Origin: Octopus sinensis
Taxonomy: Eukaryota
Direction: 5' to 3'
DNA: 64,000 bases
Assembly: GCF_006345805.1 (NCBI RefSeq)
Contig: NC_043012.1
Span: 25,110,001-25,174,000, forward strand
The number at the start of each line of letters is the position of its first letter. The first letter of the stretch is position 1. A program made the translations under genes and the position numbers. The notes below the pieces were generated by a model, which was not told the origin of the DNA, ran no database searches, and worked only from the letters and a program-made list of their open reading frames with translations. This document shows, in pieces, positions 24,496 to 37,106 of this stretch.

Positions 24496-25330
24496 TATGT
24501 TGAGAAAAACAACGAAATCTGCTCGTAGCGTGACGAGCAACAAATCACACTTCATACACAAAATGTGGACTAAAGTCACATTTCGAGGGAAAATATGCAA
24601 GGCGAAAGTCTTCGTCTTTAAAAATGCAACTGAGTTGTTTGGTACCAATTGGTTAGAATATTTCGATTTCTGGGACTTCTCCATAAATCTCTATTGTAAA
24701 AACGTAAATGATTATCCCTCTAAAAATAATTCATCTCAAGGTTTAAAGAGAAAATCTCAAACAATGTTTCCGCAAGTACTCTCGAACAAACGAGGTATAC
24801 GCACAAAGACTGAGAGCCCATGGTCCAGGATACAAATCAACTACGCTGGACCAGTGAACGGCGCATACTATCTAATCGTTGTGGATAGCTATACAAAGGG
24901 GTCAGAAATATACAGATGTAATATGCCCAGATCAAAGAAAACAATAAAGTTCCTATTCGAGTTATTTGCTCGATACAGTGTTCCAGACACGTTAGTTTCA
25001 GATAATGGCACACAATTATATGGGATATGATTGAAGAAATTTCTGCAAAATACATGCCATAAAGCTTATTTTTACCCCGCCCTACCACCCGAGATCAATT
25101 GGACATGTGGAAAGATTTGTCGATACGTTCAAAAGAGCTCTAAGAAAAACTGGGAACAAGCTAGCTAATGACGAGATAATAACGAAATTTTTGAAAGTAT
25201 ATAGAATTACAGCATATCCAAATGCTAATTCAGGAAATTCACCAGCAGAGTTAATGTTCGCGCGTAAGATAAAATTGCGCTTTTACATATAAAAATACAT
25301 AGAAAGGAAAGGCAGAAAATGTATCTGAAG
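24496..25330 (+). pseudogene. Gypsy pol remnant (protease tail fused to integrase core; RT/RNase H deleted)
   Basis: PWSRIQINYAGPVNGAYYLIVVDSYTK, LFARYSVPDTLVSDNGTQ, ERFVDTFKRALRK, SPAELMFARKI. Confidence 0.9.
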
Positions 25331-26848
25331 GAAATACAAGAAATAATACGAAACATTTTGAAAGAGGAGATATACTTCATTTTGAAAATTGCAAAAATGG
25401 TAAAGAAGTTTGGGAGGATGGCTGTGTAATCAACAGATTAGGCAACAAGATATATTTAATTAAAGGACAATGTGCGGAACATAAGAAACACCTTAACCTG
25501 ATATGACATAGAAGAACGAAGGGTAATACCAATGGAAGCCTTCTATGATAAGTTTGAAGTGCCAGTACCTAGAGATATTGAACCCTGTAGAACCAGCTTT
25601 AGAAGCGTAAACAGACTGAATATCTGGAAGTAAGAACTAAACAAAATTTTCAGAACAAAAGTGCTAAGAAGGGTGTTAAGCAAAATGAAAAGAAAAAGTG
25701 CTGTGTGCAGCGAACAATACTACCTTAAAAGTAGGCAACAATTAAGATACAGCAGCTAAAAAACAAACAAAAAAGGAGATGTGCTGGAGGGAAAAAAAAT
25801 CAAAACACAAGAAATTCCACTTTCTCACAGTAGTAGAAATCTCAAAAGGGGAGAGTTGTGATAAGAGTTACGACGCCCCCTTGCGGCGGATAAACTAGTT
25901 CAAGTAAAGTATAAATAGTAACGAGCCAAGTGAGCTGAAGAGTGCAGAGTTTGGAGTCGAATGAAGTTCGTGTTAGTTCGCAGTGAAGTCGGAAAGTGCC
26001 GGTTGGTTAGTTCACAAAGAATATTGATTGTTGGTTCGTAAAGAGAATTGTTAGTTCGTTACATTGTCTGGTTGTATTATTTATTGTACGTTACAACAAT
26101 CTCTTTTCTCTATCATCGAATGTTTTACAGATTGTTGCGCTTTTGTAGAACAACGTTTTATTTCACTCAGAAAGGAACCGAGATATGTATTAGAATACAA
26201 AGATTTTCGATCCAGGCCATAACATTTATATCGAGACTGCTGGACCTTGATATCATTGTGAGTCTGGATAGCAATGGCGTTTGTTGATCGTAGTCAGGAC
26301 TTAACCATGTAACATAATCAACACATGTTCATACAGCTTCCTACAAGTTTTCACGTTCACGTGAAAAAATATAACCAGCGAAAATAGCCACCGACACGAT
26401 AGCCACTGTACTTGACTTTGCCTATATTTTCCTAATTTTTTTTTCCTTCTGAAATGATTATAGCATCCAGTTACTGAATTGTGAATACTGAGTAATTTCC
26501 TGTTCTTCTCGTATTAAAATTCTTCATTTCAACAAATTTATTACTTTGAAGGAGCAGCTTATTCCTGGACGGTTAGCGTCGTTATAATTGCTGTCTTATT
26601 TCTAATATCGAGTTCAGTGTTTAATATTAACATGAATCCTCTGTAGTGCTCACGTATAATTTTCTCCTTCGTTTCTGTTTATTGTTTCTTATGAATTTCA
26701 TCTTTTCTTAATTATTTGTATGGACGCTTCAAGTGTAACTCTCACATTTCAATGCCTGGATATAATTTCATGTTTTCTGCTTCGGTCAAATTGTCTATTC
26801 TTATTCTAAGTATTGTTGTTGTTGTTGCTATTATTATTACTATTATTA

Positions 26849-26883
<35 letters not shown>

Positions 26884-26907
26884 CATTATTATATTATTAT
26901 ATTATTA

Positions 26908-26945
<38 letters not shown>

Positions 26946-26979
26946 TATTATTATTATTATTATTATTGTTATTATTATT

Positions 26980-27190
26980 GTGAGCCGGTAGTACCGTTAG
27001 CACGCCGGGCTAAATGCTTAGCTGCATTTCGTCTGCTGTTACGTTCTGAGCTCAAATTCTGCCGAGATCGACTTTGCCTTTCATCCTTTCGGTATCAATA
27101 AAATAGGTACCATTTGAGTACTGAGGTCGATGTAATCGATTATCCCCTACCCCAAAATTTCAGACCTTTTGCCTTTAAAATAAAGGATTG
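26980..27190 (+). mobile_element. SINE family B monomer after a (TTA)n array
   Basis: CGTTAGCACGCCGGGC...TTTGCCTTTCATCCTTTCGG...TTTCAGACCTTTTGCC. Confidence 0.82.
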
Positions 27191-27424
27191 TCAATAGTAT
27201 AAATATGCCAATTTGTTCTTTTTGTCCGTACCGGTTGTGTGTGTCACACTTGCTTCAAAGAAGAAGTGAGTTGCAAAGTGAAAGAGGACACAAAGAGGAA
27301 GTAAGAGAGAAATTGCTGGCCTTGTACGAAAATTTGAATGTACTAATTTTATTTTTCATGGTTTGCACCAAAAGTTTGCATTCGGAATCAATGTTCCCCG
27401 ATGCCGGGTCACAACCAGTTTCTT

Positions 27425-28330
27425 TAAATATCAAGGGCCTTTCTTACAATCCTTGCTTTTCCAAATAAATAGAACAGATTTCTGAATTAATGCCTCTCTC
27501 GTAATTAAACCAATCTCAATAAGCGAACTGCTAAGTCTGTTAATGATGATACTTGTGACACCTATGACAACTAGCATTACGTTTGTAGAATCTCTCCGTA
27601 GTCGTCATATTTCTCGAGCCAAATCCTGGTATTTTCCTATTTCCTCCTGTACTCTAACCGCTAAATTAACATCCACAGACATAGTCACATCTATAATGGT
27701 ACACTTTTTTCTCTTTCGTAAGAACCATAATATTTAGCCATCAATGAATATATTGCATGAATTTTGCAATCAGACTGTGTAATAAAAATCCCACAAAATC
27801 TTGTGTTGGTCATTCTCTATTGCACTTACAGGTTGATATTCGTACCATTTATTATTTCTACTTTATATCCACTTTGCCCTAATATGTCCCTATGTGGTAG
27901 TGCCTTCGCCACACAGTCGTATCTGCTTTTGTATCCCTTCTGCACCAAAGGACGACAGGAATTTAATATGTTCCCTCTTCCTCATTACACACTCTGCACT
28001 TTGATCTTTTTGCAGGCTTCTCAATTTTCGTCTTAATGAAATTCCAAAATTACTGGCTTTGAGCATCTGTTATGAATCATTTCATTTCTTTCTAAAGGTT
28101 TCTGTTCTTCACCCATATCCAAGACTCCTCTGCTGGGGGGGGGGGGTCCTGCATTTTTCTGAGATGCTGTCCTTGTAGTTCTTTCCCCCAGGCGTTTCGT
28201 TCTCGCTCTTGTTTTCTACTTTTCTCGTAATCGTTTGCTGTCTCCGCAGCGCTGAGGTCGATGTAACCAACACACATTTCCTCACAAATTGCTGACTTTG
28301 TGTCCAACTTTGAAATCGATATAACCATCT
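27425..28330 (-). pseudogene. R4/Dong-like non-LTR retrotransposon C-terminus (CCHC + restriction-like endonuclease)
   Basis: Minus frames: NAWGKELQGQHLRK, SKCRVCNEEE, YDCVAK, KKCTIIDVT, IGKYQDLAREI, QKSVL..KARIVRKALDI*. Confidence 0.85.
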
Positions 28331-29015
28331 ATTTCGCACCTAACAAATTTAAAGCCTTATACCTATATTAAAACCATCGCTTTAAAGATTAATCTTATCT
28401 TCAGATTAACCACGTATCAGACTAAACAACAAAAAATATGTAATTATTCCATTTAAACACTTAGTTATAGCACTTCCAGGTTAGACAATGCCGTGTTTTC
28501 GTGCGGTGGCTCTATAACATATGCGTTCGTGGTGCCTATACTTTCGAACGCATACAGAAAACTGGTTATCAAAACGCAAGGAAAGCAAATATATGATAAT
28601 GATATCCGCTTATTTATGTTTTGATTTTTTTAATGAGAGACAATGTAAAGATACAGTATTTTGATATCCGCCCTTACAATACCTCCTACCCATCCGTAAC
28701 AGAGAGCCTCTGTCTAGGGACAACAGATATCATTATCATAATTATTATATGATGTATTAGTGCTTAATTTCCCTAGTGTTGAGGTGTTGGATATCAATTT
28801 ATGGATTGTGTTTCCTCTAATGAATGTAACATGTGCGTGTGTGCGTGTGTGTGTCTATGTGCGTGTGAGTGTGCGTGTGTGTGTGTAACCGTGTGCTTTT
28901 GTGATGTCTGTGTATGGTTATACGTCAACAAGTCAGTTTTAACGTCTATGAGTGTGTGTATGCCTGTATGAATGCATATACATGCATAGCATATACATAT
29001 GTATACATAGATATG

Positions 29016-29090
<75 letters not shown>

Positions 29091-29228
29091 TATATATGCA
29101 TATATATATGTATGTATGTATATATACATATAGATATCGATATAAATATAAATATGATTATATAAATATTCATAGATTTGAACATATTTATGTGTCTGTA
29201 CGTCAGCTTAGGTATACATGAACATAAA

Positions 29229-29289
<61 letters not shown>

Positions 29290-29494
29290 TTATATACGTG
29301 GTGTCATGGAAAGAAGAGTGAAATGTTGTGAATTGGCTGCAGGCCTGAGACAAACAAATTGTAAAGAAAGGCGGAAATAGATGGCGATGAACTGAAAGGC
29401 TAATTAATTTCCTTTCACGTCATTCTTGTTTTGTTATTGTTGTTGTTGATCTTCTTCCCCATCTCTACTTCATTCTTCAGCTTTATCTCATCAG

Positions 29495-29551
29495 CTTTTT
29501 TATTTTAGTTTGGCTCAGGTTCGTTCTTATTCCTGGTAGGATTAATGTGGG
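29495..29551 (-). mobile_element. 3' UTR end of the R4/Dong-like LINE at 30875-31695, displaced by a TIR element
   Basis: AGTTTGGCTCAGGTTCG..TCCTGGTAGGATT matches the uninterrupted 3' end at 32140-32180. Confidence 0.7.
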
Positions 29552-30873
29552 GGATCTTTTCATTTTCAAGGCCTGATTTGTCAGATTTTTCCTGCTTAAC
29601 CAAACAATTTGAAACTTCGTATACTGGTAGAATGTGTCAAAAGAAAACATAATTGTAAACCAGAATGAAAACGGAATTGTAATTTCTAAGTTTAACGTTG
29701 TTTAATAATCAGAATTTTAACCAATGGTATTCGGTCTTTCGGCTTCATATTATTTACTCCGTCTCAATAGACGTAAACGGTTATTTTGCTGACGTAGTTA
29801 ACATACGTGAAATGTAAACACCCGGTTACCGTATTCCCTTCGTTTTTATATATAACTTATATATTAAACTTATATATTATATAACTAACTTTGTTTTTGT
29901 AAATTTTCGTATATTTTTTGTGATTTTTATTCCTTACTTTATTCGTGTAACTTTTATTTCTGTAACTTTTTATCTTTGGCAATCTTTCGTTTGTAGTAGA
30001 CCTTTCCGTGATAACTGAAATGTTTTACTCGGTGTATGTGTATATGTATGTATGCATGTATGTGTGTATGTATCTATGTATGTGTGTGTGTGTATGTATG
30101 TGTGTATGTATGTGTGTGTGTGTATGTATGTATGGCCGATTCAGTGTTTACATTATTTCGAGTTAAAACGAAAGATTACCTTTGCTATGTAGAAAATAAT
30201 GAGGTTGACTCAATGGAATAATGACAGTGATCGAAGATATAGACAAAATTTTTTTTGGTAATCTTTCGTTTTAACTCGAAATAATGTAAACACTGAATCG
30301 GCCATACATACATACATACATACATACACACACATACATACACACACATACATACACACACACATACATAGATACATACACACACACACACATGCATACA
30401 TACATATACACATACACCGAGTAAAACATTTCAGTTATCTCTCTCTTTCACACATTACTCTCTCTGTCTCTTCACACACACTAACAGAAGTACTTCACTT
30501 ACACAGCATACTTTCTGTCTCCCACTACACAACATACTTTCTGTCTCCCACACCCCATCAAACACACACGCACACACACGCACACACACATGTACATCAA
30601 TGCTACAGACCTACGCACAGCTGTCTACGTCACAAAATAGCTTTCTACGTCACACTAAGATAATGCAGTTAATTATTTCAAATGAAAACAAACAATACGA
30701 TTGGTTAAAATTCGCAGATTTAATCTATGTTTAAAGTTATAAAATACATTTTTCTCAAATAAACAAGTTGGAACTAGTGTTTTGTTTTGAGACACTCTAC
30801 CAGTATACGAAGTTTCAAATTATTTAGTTAACTAGAAAAATCTGACAATCAGGCCTTGAAAATGAAAAGATCC
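29552..30873. mobile_element. Non-autonomous TIR DNA transposon, ~100-bp TIRs, 8-bp TSD
   Basis: AATGTGGG|GGATCTTTTCATTTTCAAGGCCTGA...TCAGGCCTTGAAAATGAAAAGATCC|AATGTGGG. Confidence 0.9.
30010..30439. repeat. Inverted duplication with 76-bp spacer, including mirrored microsatellites
   Basis: 30010-30180 is the reverse complement of 30257-30439; the non-repetitive parts are identical. Confidence 0.92.
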
Positions 30874-30874
30874 A

Positions 30875-31695
30875 ATGTGGGTAGCAGGTTTCTACCTGTA
30901 ACCTTAGGTATCCACAAGTTTTCAGTTGACTATGAAGTGCTTAGAACCCTCTTGATATTCTTTGTTTTTCCTAAGAGACAAATTTTGTATTGGAACTCTA
31001 CCGGGCATTCTGTTCCAATCTCCTTCAGTCATTTGTCTATATCTTTGCTTACTGTTCCCAACGCACCAATTATCATAGTTCTAACCTTTACCGTTCTCAT
31101 GCTTCAAATTCTTCCTATTTCAAATTTTAAGTGATTGTATTTCTTTAGTTTTGTTTTTCCTCCCCTTACTTTAAGATCTTGGAATCAAATGGGCATGATG
31201 GGTCGATCAGCGAACAATATCGCTTTTCTTTATTTATAATTATTATATCCGGTCTATTATTTTCTAACTGCTGTCCTTTTGAATAGGAAATCATACAAAA
31301 ACTTACATTTCTCCGACTCCTGTACTCTTTCAACTCGATGATGTGCTACGAATTTCCAAACTAAAATCCCCATTTCTTGCACAGTTTGCAGTGAGAAACT
31401 TTAACAATCTGGTCCTGCCTCCATTTCTTATATTATTCCTGTTCCACCGTAGGGCATTCTACCACAAAGTGTGCCACTGTCTCGTTCCAAGACCCACAAG
31501 CCCTTCGTTTTTCCGCCACATTCTCTCCATAAATATTTTCTCTTAAATTTCCTTTTTATCGCTTGATCTTGGGCTGCTAAAATTAGGCTCTCTGTTCCTT
31601 TTTCTAAATGTCCCTTTTAAAATCAAGACCAAGATTTTGTTTCATGTACAACTTCAGTGGATCTCCAAAATTGGTCATGCAGGGGTTTCATCATT
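30875..31695 (-). pseudogene. R4/Dong-like LINE C-terminus (CCHC + REL endonuclease) and 3' UTR
   Basis: Minus: KPLHDQFWRS, TESLILAAQDQAI, RACGSWNETVAHFVVEC, YKKWRQD, LENNRPDIIIINKEKRYCSLID, IIGALGTVSKD, LLGKTKNIKRVLSTS*. Confidence 0.9.
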
Positions 31696-31708
31696 AATAT
31701 AATTATTA

Positions 31709-32128
31709 AGGCAGCGTGCTGGCAGAATCTTTAGCACACCGGGTGAAATGCTTAGGGGTATTTCGTCCGCCGCTGCGTTCTGAGTTCAAATTCCGCCGAG
31801 GTCGACTTTGCCTTTCATCATTTCGGGGTCGATAAATTAAGCACCAGTTACGCACTGGGGTCGACGTAATCGACTTAAACCGTTCGTCTGTCCTTGTTTA
31901 TCCCCTCTGTGTTTAGCCCCTTGTGGGTAGTAAAGAAATAGGTATTTCACTCGTCGCTACGTTCTGAGTTCAAATTGCACCGAGGTCGTCTTTTTCCTTT
32001 CATCCTTTCAGGGTCGATAAATTATGTACCAGTGAAGCACTGGTGTTGATGTGATCGACTATATCCCTCCCCACTAATTTCAGGCCTTGTGCCTATAGTA
32101 GAAAGGATAATTATTATTATTATTATAA
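31709..32128 (+). mobile_element. Dimeric SINE family B with (ATT)n tail
   Basis: Two GAGTTCAAATT..CCGAGGTCG..CTTTCATC modules, as at 8985-9373. Confidence 0.9.
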
Positions 32129-32129
32129 T

Positions 32130-32275
32130 TAAACTTATTTTGGTTTGGCTCAGGTTCGGTTTTATTTCTGGTAGGATTTATATGGGTAACGGGTTAATAC
32201 CTGTAATCTTTGGTTTCCACAAGTTTTCGACACTCTTTAAAGTGCTTATTATTCGGAAAATAGAGAGACAGATAT
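32130..32275 (-). mobile_element. 3' end of an R4/Dong-like LINE ending in (TAA)n
   Basis: Homologous to 29495-29551 plus 30875-30960; tail merges with the SINE B (ATT)n tail. Confidence 0.65.
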
Positions 32276-33308
32276 GCATGTGTTTTCAATATTCCTGTGA
32301 ACTTCGTCAGTTAAGTTCCAAAACTAATATCAGAGATTAAATTAAACTAGTGCCTCACTTTCTCTGTCTAAGTGCCATACTTGTCTGTCGTATATAATTA
32401 TATCCACAACCTGAGCAAGTTATAATATATATGTGTGTGTGTGTGTAAGTGTGTGTGTCTGTGCGTGTGTGCGCGTGCATGTGTGTGTGCATGCATGTGT
32501 GTGCGTGTGTGCAGGCATGTATATGCATATATATATATATATGCATATTCATATGACTATGTGTATATGCATCAAATTTACATTGTAAGCAATTATGGAC
32601 GATGGAAATTATGGCCTTAAACCACAATTCTTTAACAAATCCTTGAACACCAATCTAGTATTGCTTCAGTGCAATATCACTAGAACGCACACTACTCCAT
32701 TATATTTTGTAATCCGTTGAAATGAATGATGACAGTGAAAGAGTAGGAACAATACAAAACGATAAACTTTATTGATGTTACAAAACTCCGATTCATATCA
32801 ACAGCCGTTTCGATAATTCATGCGGCAACTCTGCCAAGCAAACCACTATTAAATAATTATTTATTCGTGTAATGAATTGAATTTAGTCGGATATAAGTTG
32901 AAAGTCATTTTAGGTTCGGACAAATAAATAATTAATAATTAATCTACCCGTTGTGTTTAAATGGCTTAATATCACTCTACTTATACGACCAAATAACTAT
33001 TTGGTTGTTTAGCGCATTGAGTTATTCACCACGTTGAAGGATGAATTTCAATCATTTTGATTAATAAGAAAACTGATTGGCTCATTTAAGCTTCAGCTGA
33101 TAAATATTTTAACAGTCTACTGTGAATTTCGTTCTTTGGACAACATGATGAATTTGGTGATAAAGAAAGAACAATTTGTCGACGAAAGGTGTTAGTGTTT
33201 GGTAGGGGGTGAACTAAATGGTAACTGAATTTACTTAAATGAAGCTCTCTAGAATTTTACTTTTAGTTTTATTTCTTGCACGAGACTAATTCAAATTTGA
33301 TGTTCAGT

Positions 33309-33347
<39 letters not shown>

Positions 33348-34039
33348 ACTCACACACACACACATACACACACACACATACGCGCACAGAAACTCAAGCT
33401 CGCACACATGTATGTATACAAATATTTCATTTGCCCTTTTCTCTTGTCAGCTGTGAATTTCCCATTATAACATTATAACACACACAAACACCCGCCCACA
33501 TACACACAGAGAAACTCACCAGCACACAGTCTCACACATACGTATAATTATTCTTTTCTCTTTTCTCTTGTATTTTGAGTAAACGTGTACTAAGATGCGA
33601 ACTTTACGTTAGTTTTATCTTAACTCACACACGCTCACTCATACACAGACACACACACAAACACACACACACACACACACGCACACAAACATTCACAAAT
33701 ATTAAATAAAACACTTAGATATTCACGTACATAGACGGATACATGCTCGGGAGTCTGTAGCAATGAATATCCTATCTTATGTATGTTTGTTTTAGCAAAA
33801 TTTCAAACATACCAAGAGGCGATATTCTAATAAATTGTTTTCTATTTATTATTCTGTCTATTTTGGTTTATACTGACATTAAAATTTGATTATTTTGCAA
33901 AGAAACATTTTTACTGGAAATGGAAGATTTACAATCTGCATATATAATTGCAGACAACACATACCGGGACACACACACACGTACTTATATATACATATTA
34001 AAATGCACACAGGCATATATGATATAGATGCTTGCATAC

Positions 34040-34107
<68 letters not shown>

Positions 34108-34206
34108 CATGAATATATATATATGTATGTATATGTACGCCTTTGTATATATATATATATATACATACATGAATATATATATATGTATGTATATGTACGC
34201 CTTGTG

Positions 34207-34246
<40 letters not shown>

Positions 34247-34494
34247 TGCGCGCTCACACACTCACACCTACATTTAACAAAACATACAAACGCTTAATTC
34301 AATGGCGGTTTAATATCAGCTTCAGTGTTATAGTTTCGAGCTACTAAACGTTTTGAAGACAGTATTTCGATAGCGAAACTTAATATTTAAATAAACATTG
34401 GACTTTAATATATTAATAGTATCCGCTATTAAATTTGTGTCTATTGATCACATATTCTTATATGGCTTGCAGCACAATATTATTAGCAATATAC

Positions 34495-34600
34495 ATGTGT
34501 ATGTATGTATGTATGTATGTATGTATGTATGTATGTATGTATGTATGTATGGATGTATGTATGTATGTATGTATGTATGTATGTATGTATGTATGTATGC
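34495..34600. repeat. (TATG)n microsatellite
   Basis: Directly visible. Confidence 0.97.
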
Positions 34601-35324
34601 ATGTGGTTGTTCAGTTTTATTTCAAGATTTCTTGCCAAAGAGAAAAAGCCAGTTTCTAACTTACACCCAAGGCTCTTTCATCGGAATTTTAACATCAACA
34701 ACAGGGTATTTTTGTTTTATGTATGTATGAGTGTATGCATGTATGTATATGTACAGATTTGTGTTTTGCTTTATGTATGCATTCTCATGCATATAGTTGC
34801 ATATCTAGACATGCTCATATATACTTAGATGATAAACTTCTGCAAAGCTTTACATATTTTTACAGTTCCAGTGATGGATTGGATCTCTAGTCTTCGAATA
34901 AACTTTCTCATTTCTGGTTTTGAGAAGCCTAATTTTTCAAGATTGGTGTATGTATGTATGTATGTATGCATGTATCTATGTTTGTTCGTGCGTTCGTACG
35001 TGTGTGTGCGCCTGCGTGTGTGTATTTGTATGTGTGTGTATACACGTATACATTGCATGATAATAAAGTGTTTTGAAATTGTATATGATTGTTTCTGGTA
35101 TTGTTTCTCCGTTGTTCATGTTGACCATTATTGCAACGATTAATATATTTGAGCAGCGTGACAATATAGTTGAAACAAGATATCGATAAGACTGTAAGAG
35201 GTCAGCAACATTTCATTTGCCGCCAATATTTGCTAGAATATGCGTCACGATTTCTAATATTACTAGAGCCTCGCATGCAACAGGCCTGTGAAAACGTGCA
35301 TGGATCCGCAAGCATGTGTGTGTA

Positions 35325-35380
<56 letters not shown>

Positions 35381-35814
35381 CGTGCATGTATGTCTACGTG
35401 AGTGAGTGTGTGGGTGTACGTGTGAGTATTTACGTATGCAGCGTGGTTTTATTGTGGGTGATCCATGTCATTGGATAACGTATGTTCCAGACGAATTGGA
35501 AAAGCGACGTAGAATTTTACCCGTTCCTTTGTCTAAAGAATGTTGAGTGGACGTAGTAATGTGCTTTGAATTTATAGGCTGTTAGACCGACATATTTCCT
35601 CTGAGTATCGTCCAAACGTGTACGAGGTATCTGTTGTACTCCTGGCCTGGAGATGGACGCACATATTAGGAATATTGAGGGTAGTTGTTACTTTCAGGCT
35701 GGCTGTTGAATTCTGTTTCTTTTCCTGTATTTGATATGTGAAGCGAACACATTCTAAGAATTACAAAAGAAAATATGGGAGTTTCAACAGAAATTGTAAA
35801 TTGCCCAGGGAATA

Positions 35815-35945
35815 ACTCACAGACACACGCACTCACTCATTCGCTCGCTCACTCACTCACGCATTCACTCACCCACTCACTCATTCACTCACGCACTCAC
35901 GCACTCACGCACTCACGTACTCACCCACTCACTAACTCACTCACT
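35815..35945. repeat. Degenerate (ACTC)n microsatellite
   Basis: Directly visible. Confidence 0.9.
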
Positions 35946-36076
35946 TGCAGAGCAAGCAACTTCTATGCTGGAGTGGAGACAGCATGTTCTTTGTCTATCT
36001 CCTTAATTTCTTGGAGATTTTAGGTATAATTATACTAATGTGTCCATCTGTTCTAATTTAATTTAATTCTATGTCT

Positions 36077-36169
36077 TTGTGCAGCTGAGGATTGCTCTGC
36101 ATTTTAAATTGATGTAATGATTGCATTGTTCAATTAAATGGAGTTGCATAAAACGATCATACTGCATAA
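36077..36169 (+). ncRNA. Type I hammerhead-like motif with long stem II (degenerate copy)
   Basis: UUGUGCAG-CUGAGGA-[58 nt]-AAAA-CGAUCA-UA|CUGCAUAA; 8-bp stem I; G12->A substitution. Confidence 0.55.
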
Positions 36170-36354
36170 CCTCTAGATATCCTTGTTGCTTGTTTTGAAT
36201 ATATATATATATATAATGGAGAAATTATACAAAATGTATAAATAGATAATGAGTAAAGCATCGGTTCACTATCGATTACTTGTTGTTATCCGTAGGTTTA
36301 TTGCAGGGGCGGTTGGGGAAACGGTATTAATAAAATAGATGGAATGAGTAAAAT

Positions 36355-36416
36355 ATTTTATTAGGTACGACACATGTTTCGACCCATTCTGGGTCTCTTC
36401 AGATACATCAATAAAT
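36355..36416 (-). ncRNA. Canonical type I hammerhead ribozyme motif (copy 1)
   Basis: Minus: UUUAUU-GAU-GUAU-CUGAAGA-GACCCA(GAA)UGGGUC-GAA-ACAUGUGU-C|GUAC-CU-AAUAAA. All core bases are present with a GUC triplet; predicted cut between plus positions 36369 and 36368. Confidence 0.78.
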
Positions 36417-36543
36417 AAAAGTCTTACTGCATTACCTCTGGATATCATTGTTGCTTTTTTGATTTTAATCACCTTACTTTGAAATTGTATGGATAATACC
36501 GTACTAAATTCTGGTGCCTGAACTTAAGTACCATATTCATATG

Positions 36544-36618
<75 letters not shown>

Positions 36619-36785
36619 GATATATATATATTATATATATATATATATGGAGAAATTATACAAAATGTATAAATAGATAATGAGTAAAGCATCGGTTCAC
36701 TATCGATTACTTGTTGTTATCCGTAGGTTTATTGCAGGGGCGGTTGGGGAAACGGTATTAATAAAATAGATGGAATGAGTAAAAT

Positions 36786-36847
36786 ATTTTATTAGGTACG
36801 ACACATGTTTCGACCCATTCTGGGTCTCTTCAGATACATCAATAAAT
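36786..36847 (-). ncRNA. Canonical type I hammerhead ribozyme motif (copy 2)
   Basis: Identical motif 431 bp away; predicted cut between 36800 and 36799. Confidence 0.78.
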
Positions 36848-36975
36848 AAAAGTCTTACTGCATTACCTCTGGATATCATTGTTGCTTATTTTGATTTTAA
36901 TCACCTTACTTTGAAATTGTATGGATAATACCGTACTAAATTCTGGTGCCTGAACTTAAGTACCATATTCATATG

Positions 36976-37106
<131 letters not shown>

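Larger units (their letters stand above)
23589..26340 (+). mobile_element. Deleted Ty3/Gypsy LTR retrotransposon
   Basis: TGTGAT(G/A)AGAGTTACGACGCCC at 23589 and 25857 (47/59 identical); polypurine tract AAAAGGGGAGAG before the 3' LTR; gag, protease and integrase remnants between. The right end is approximate. Confidence 0.85.
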
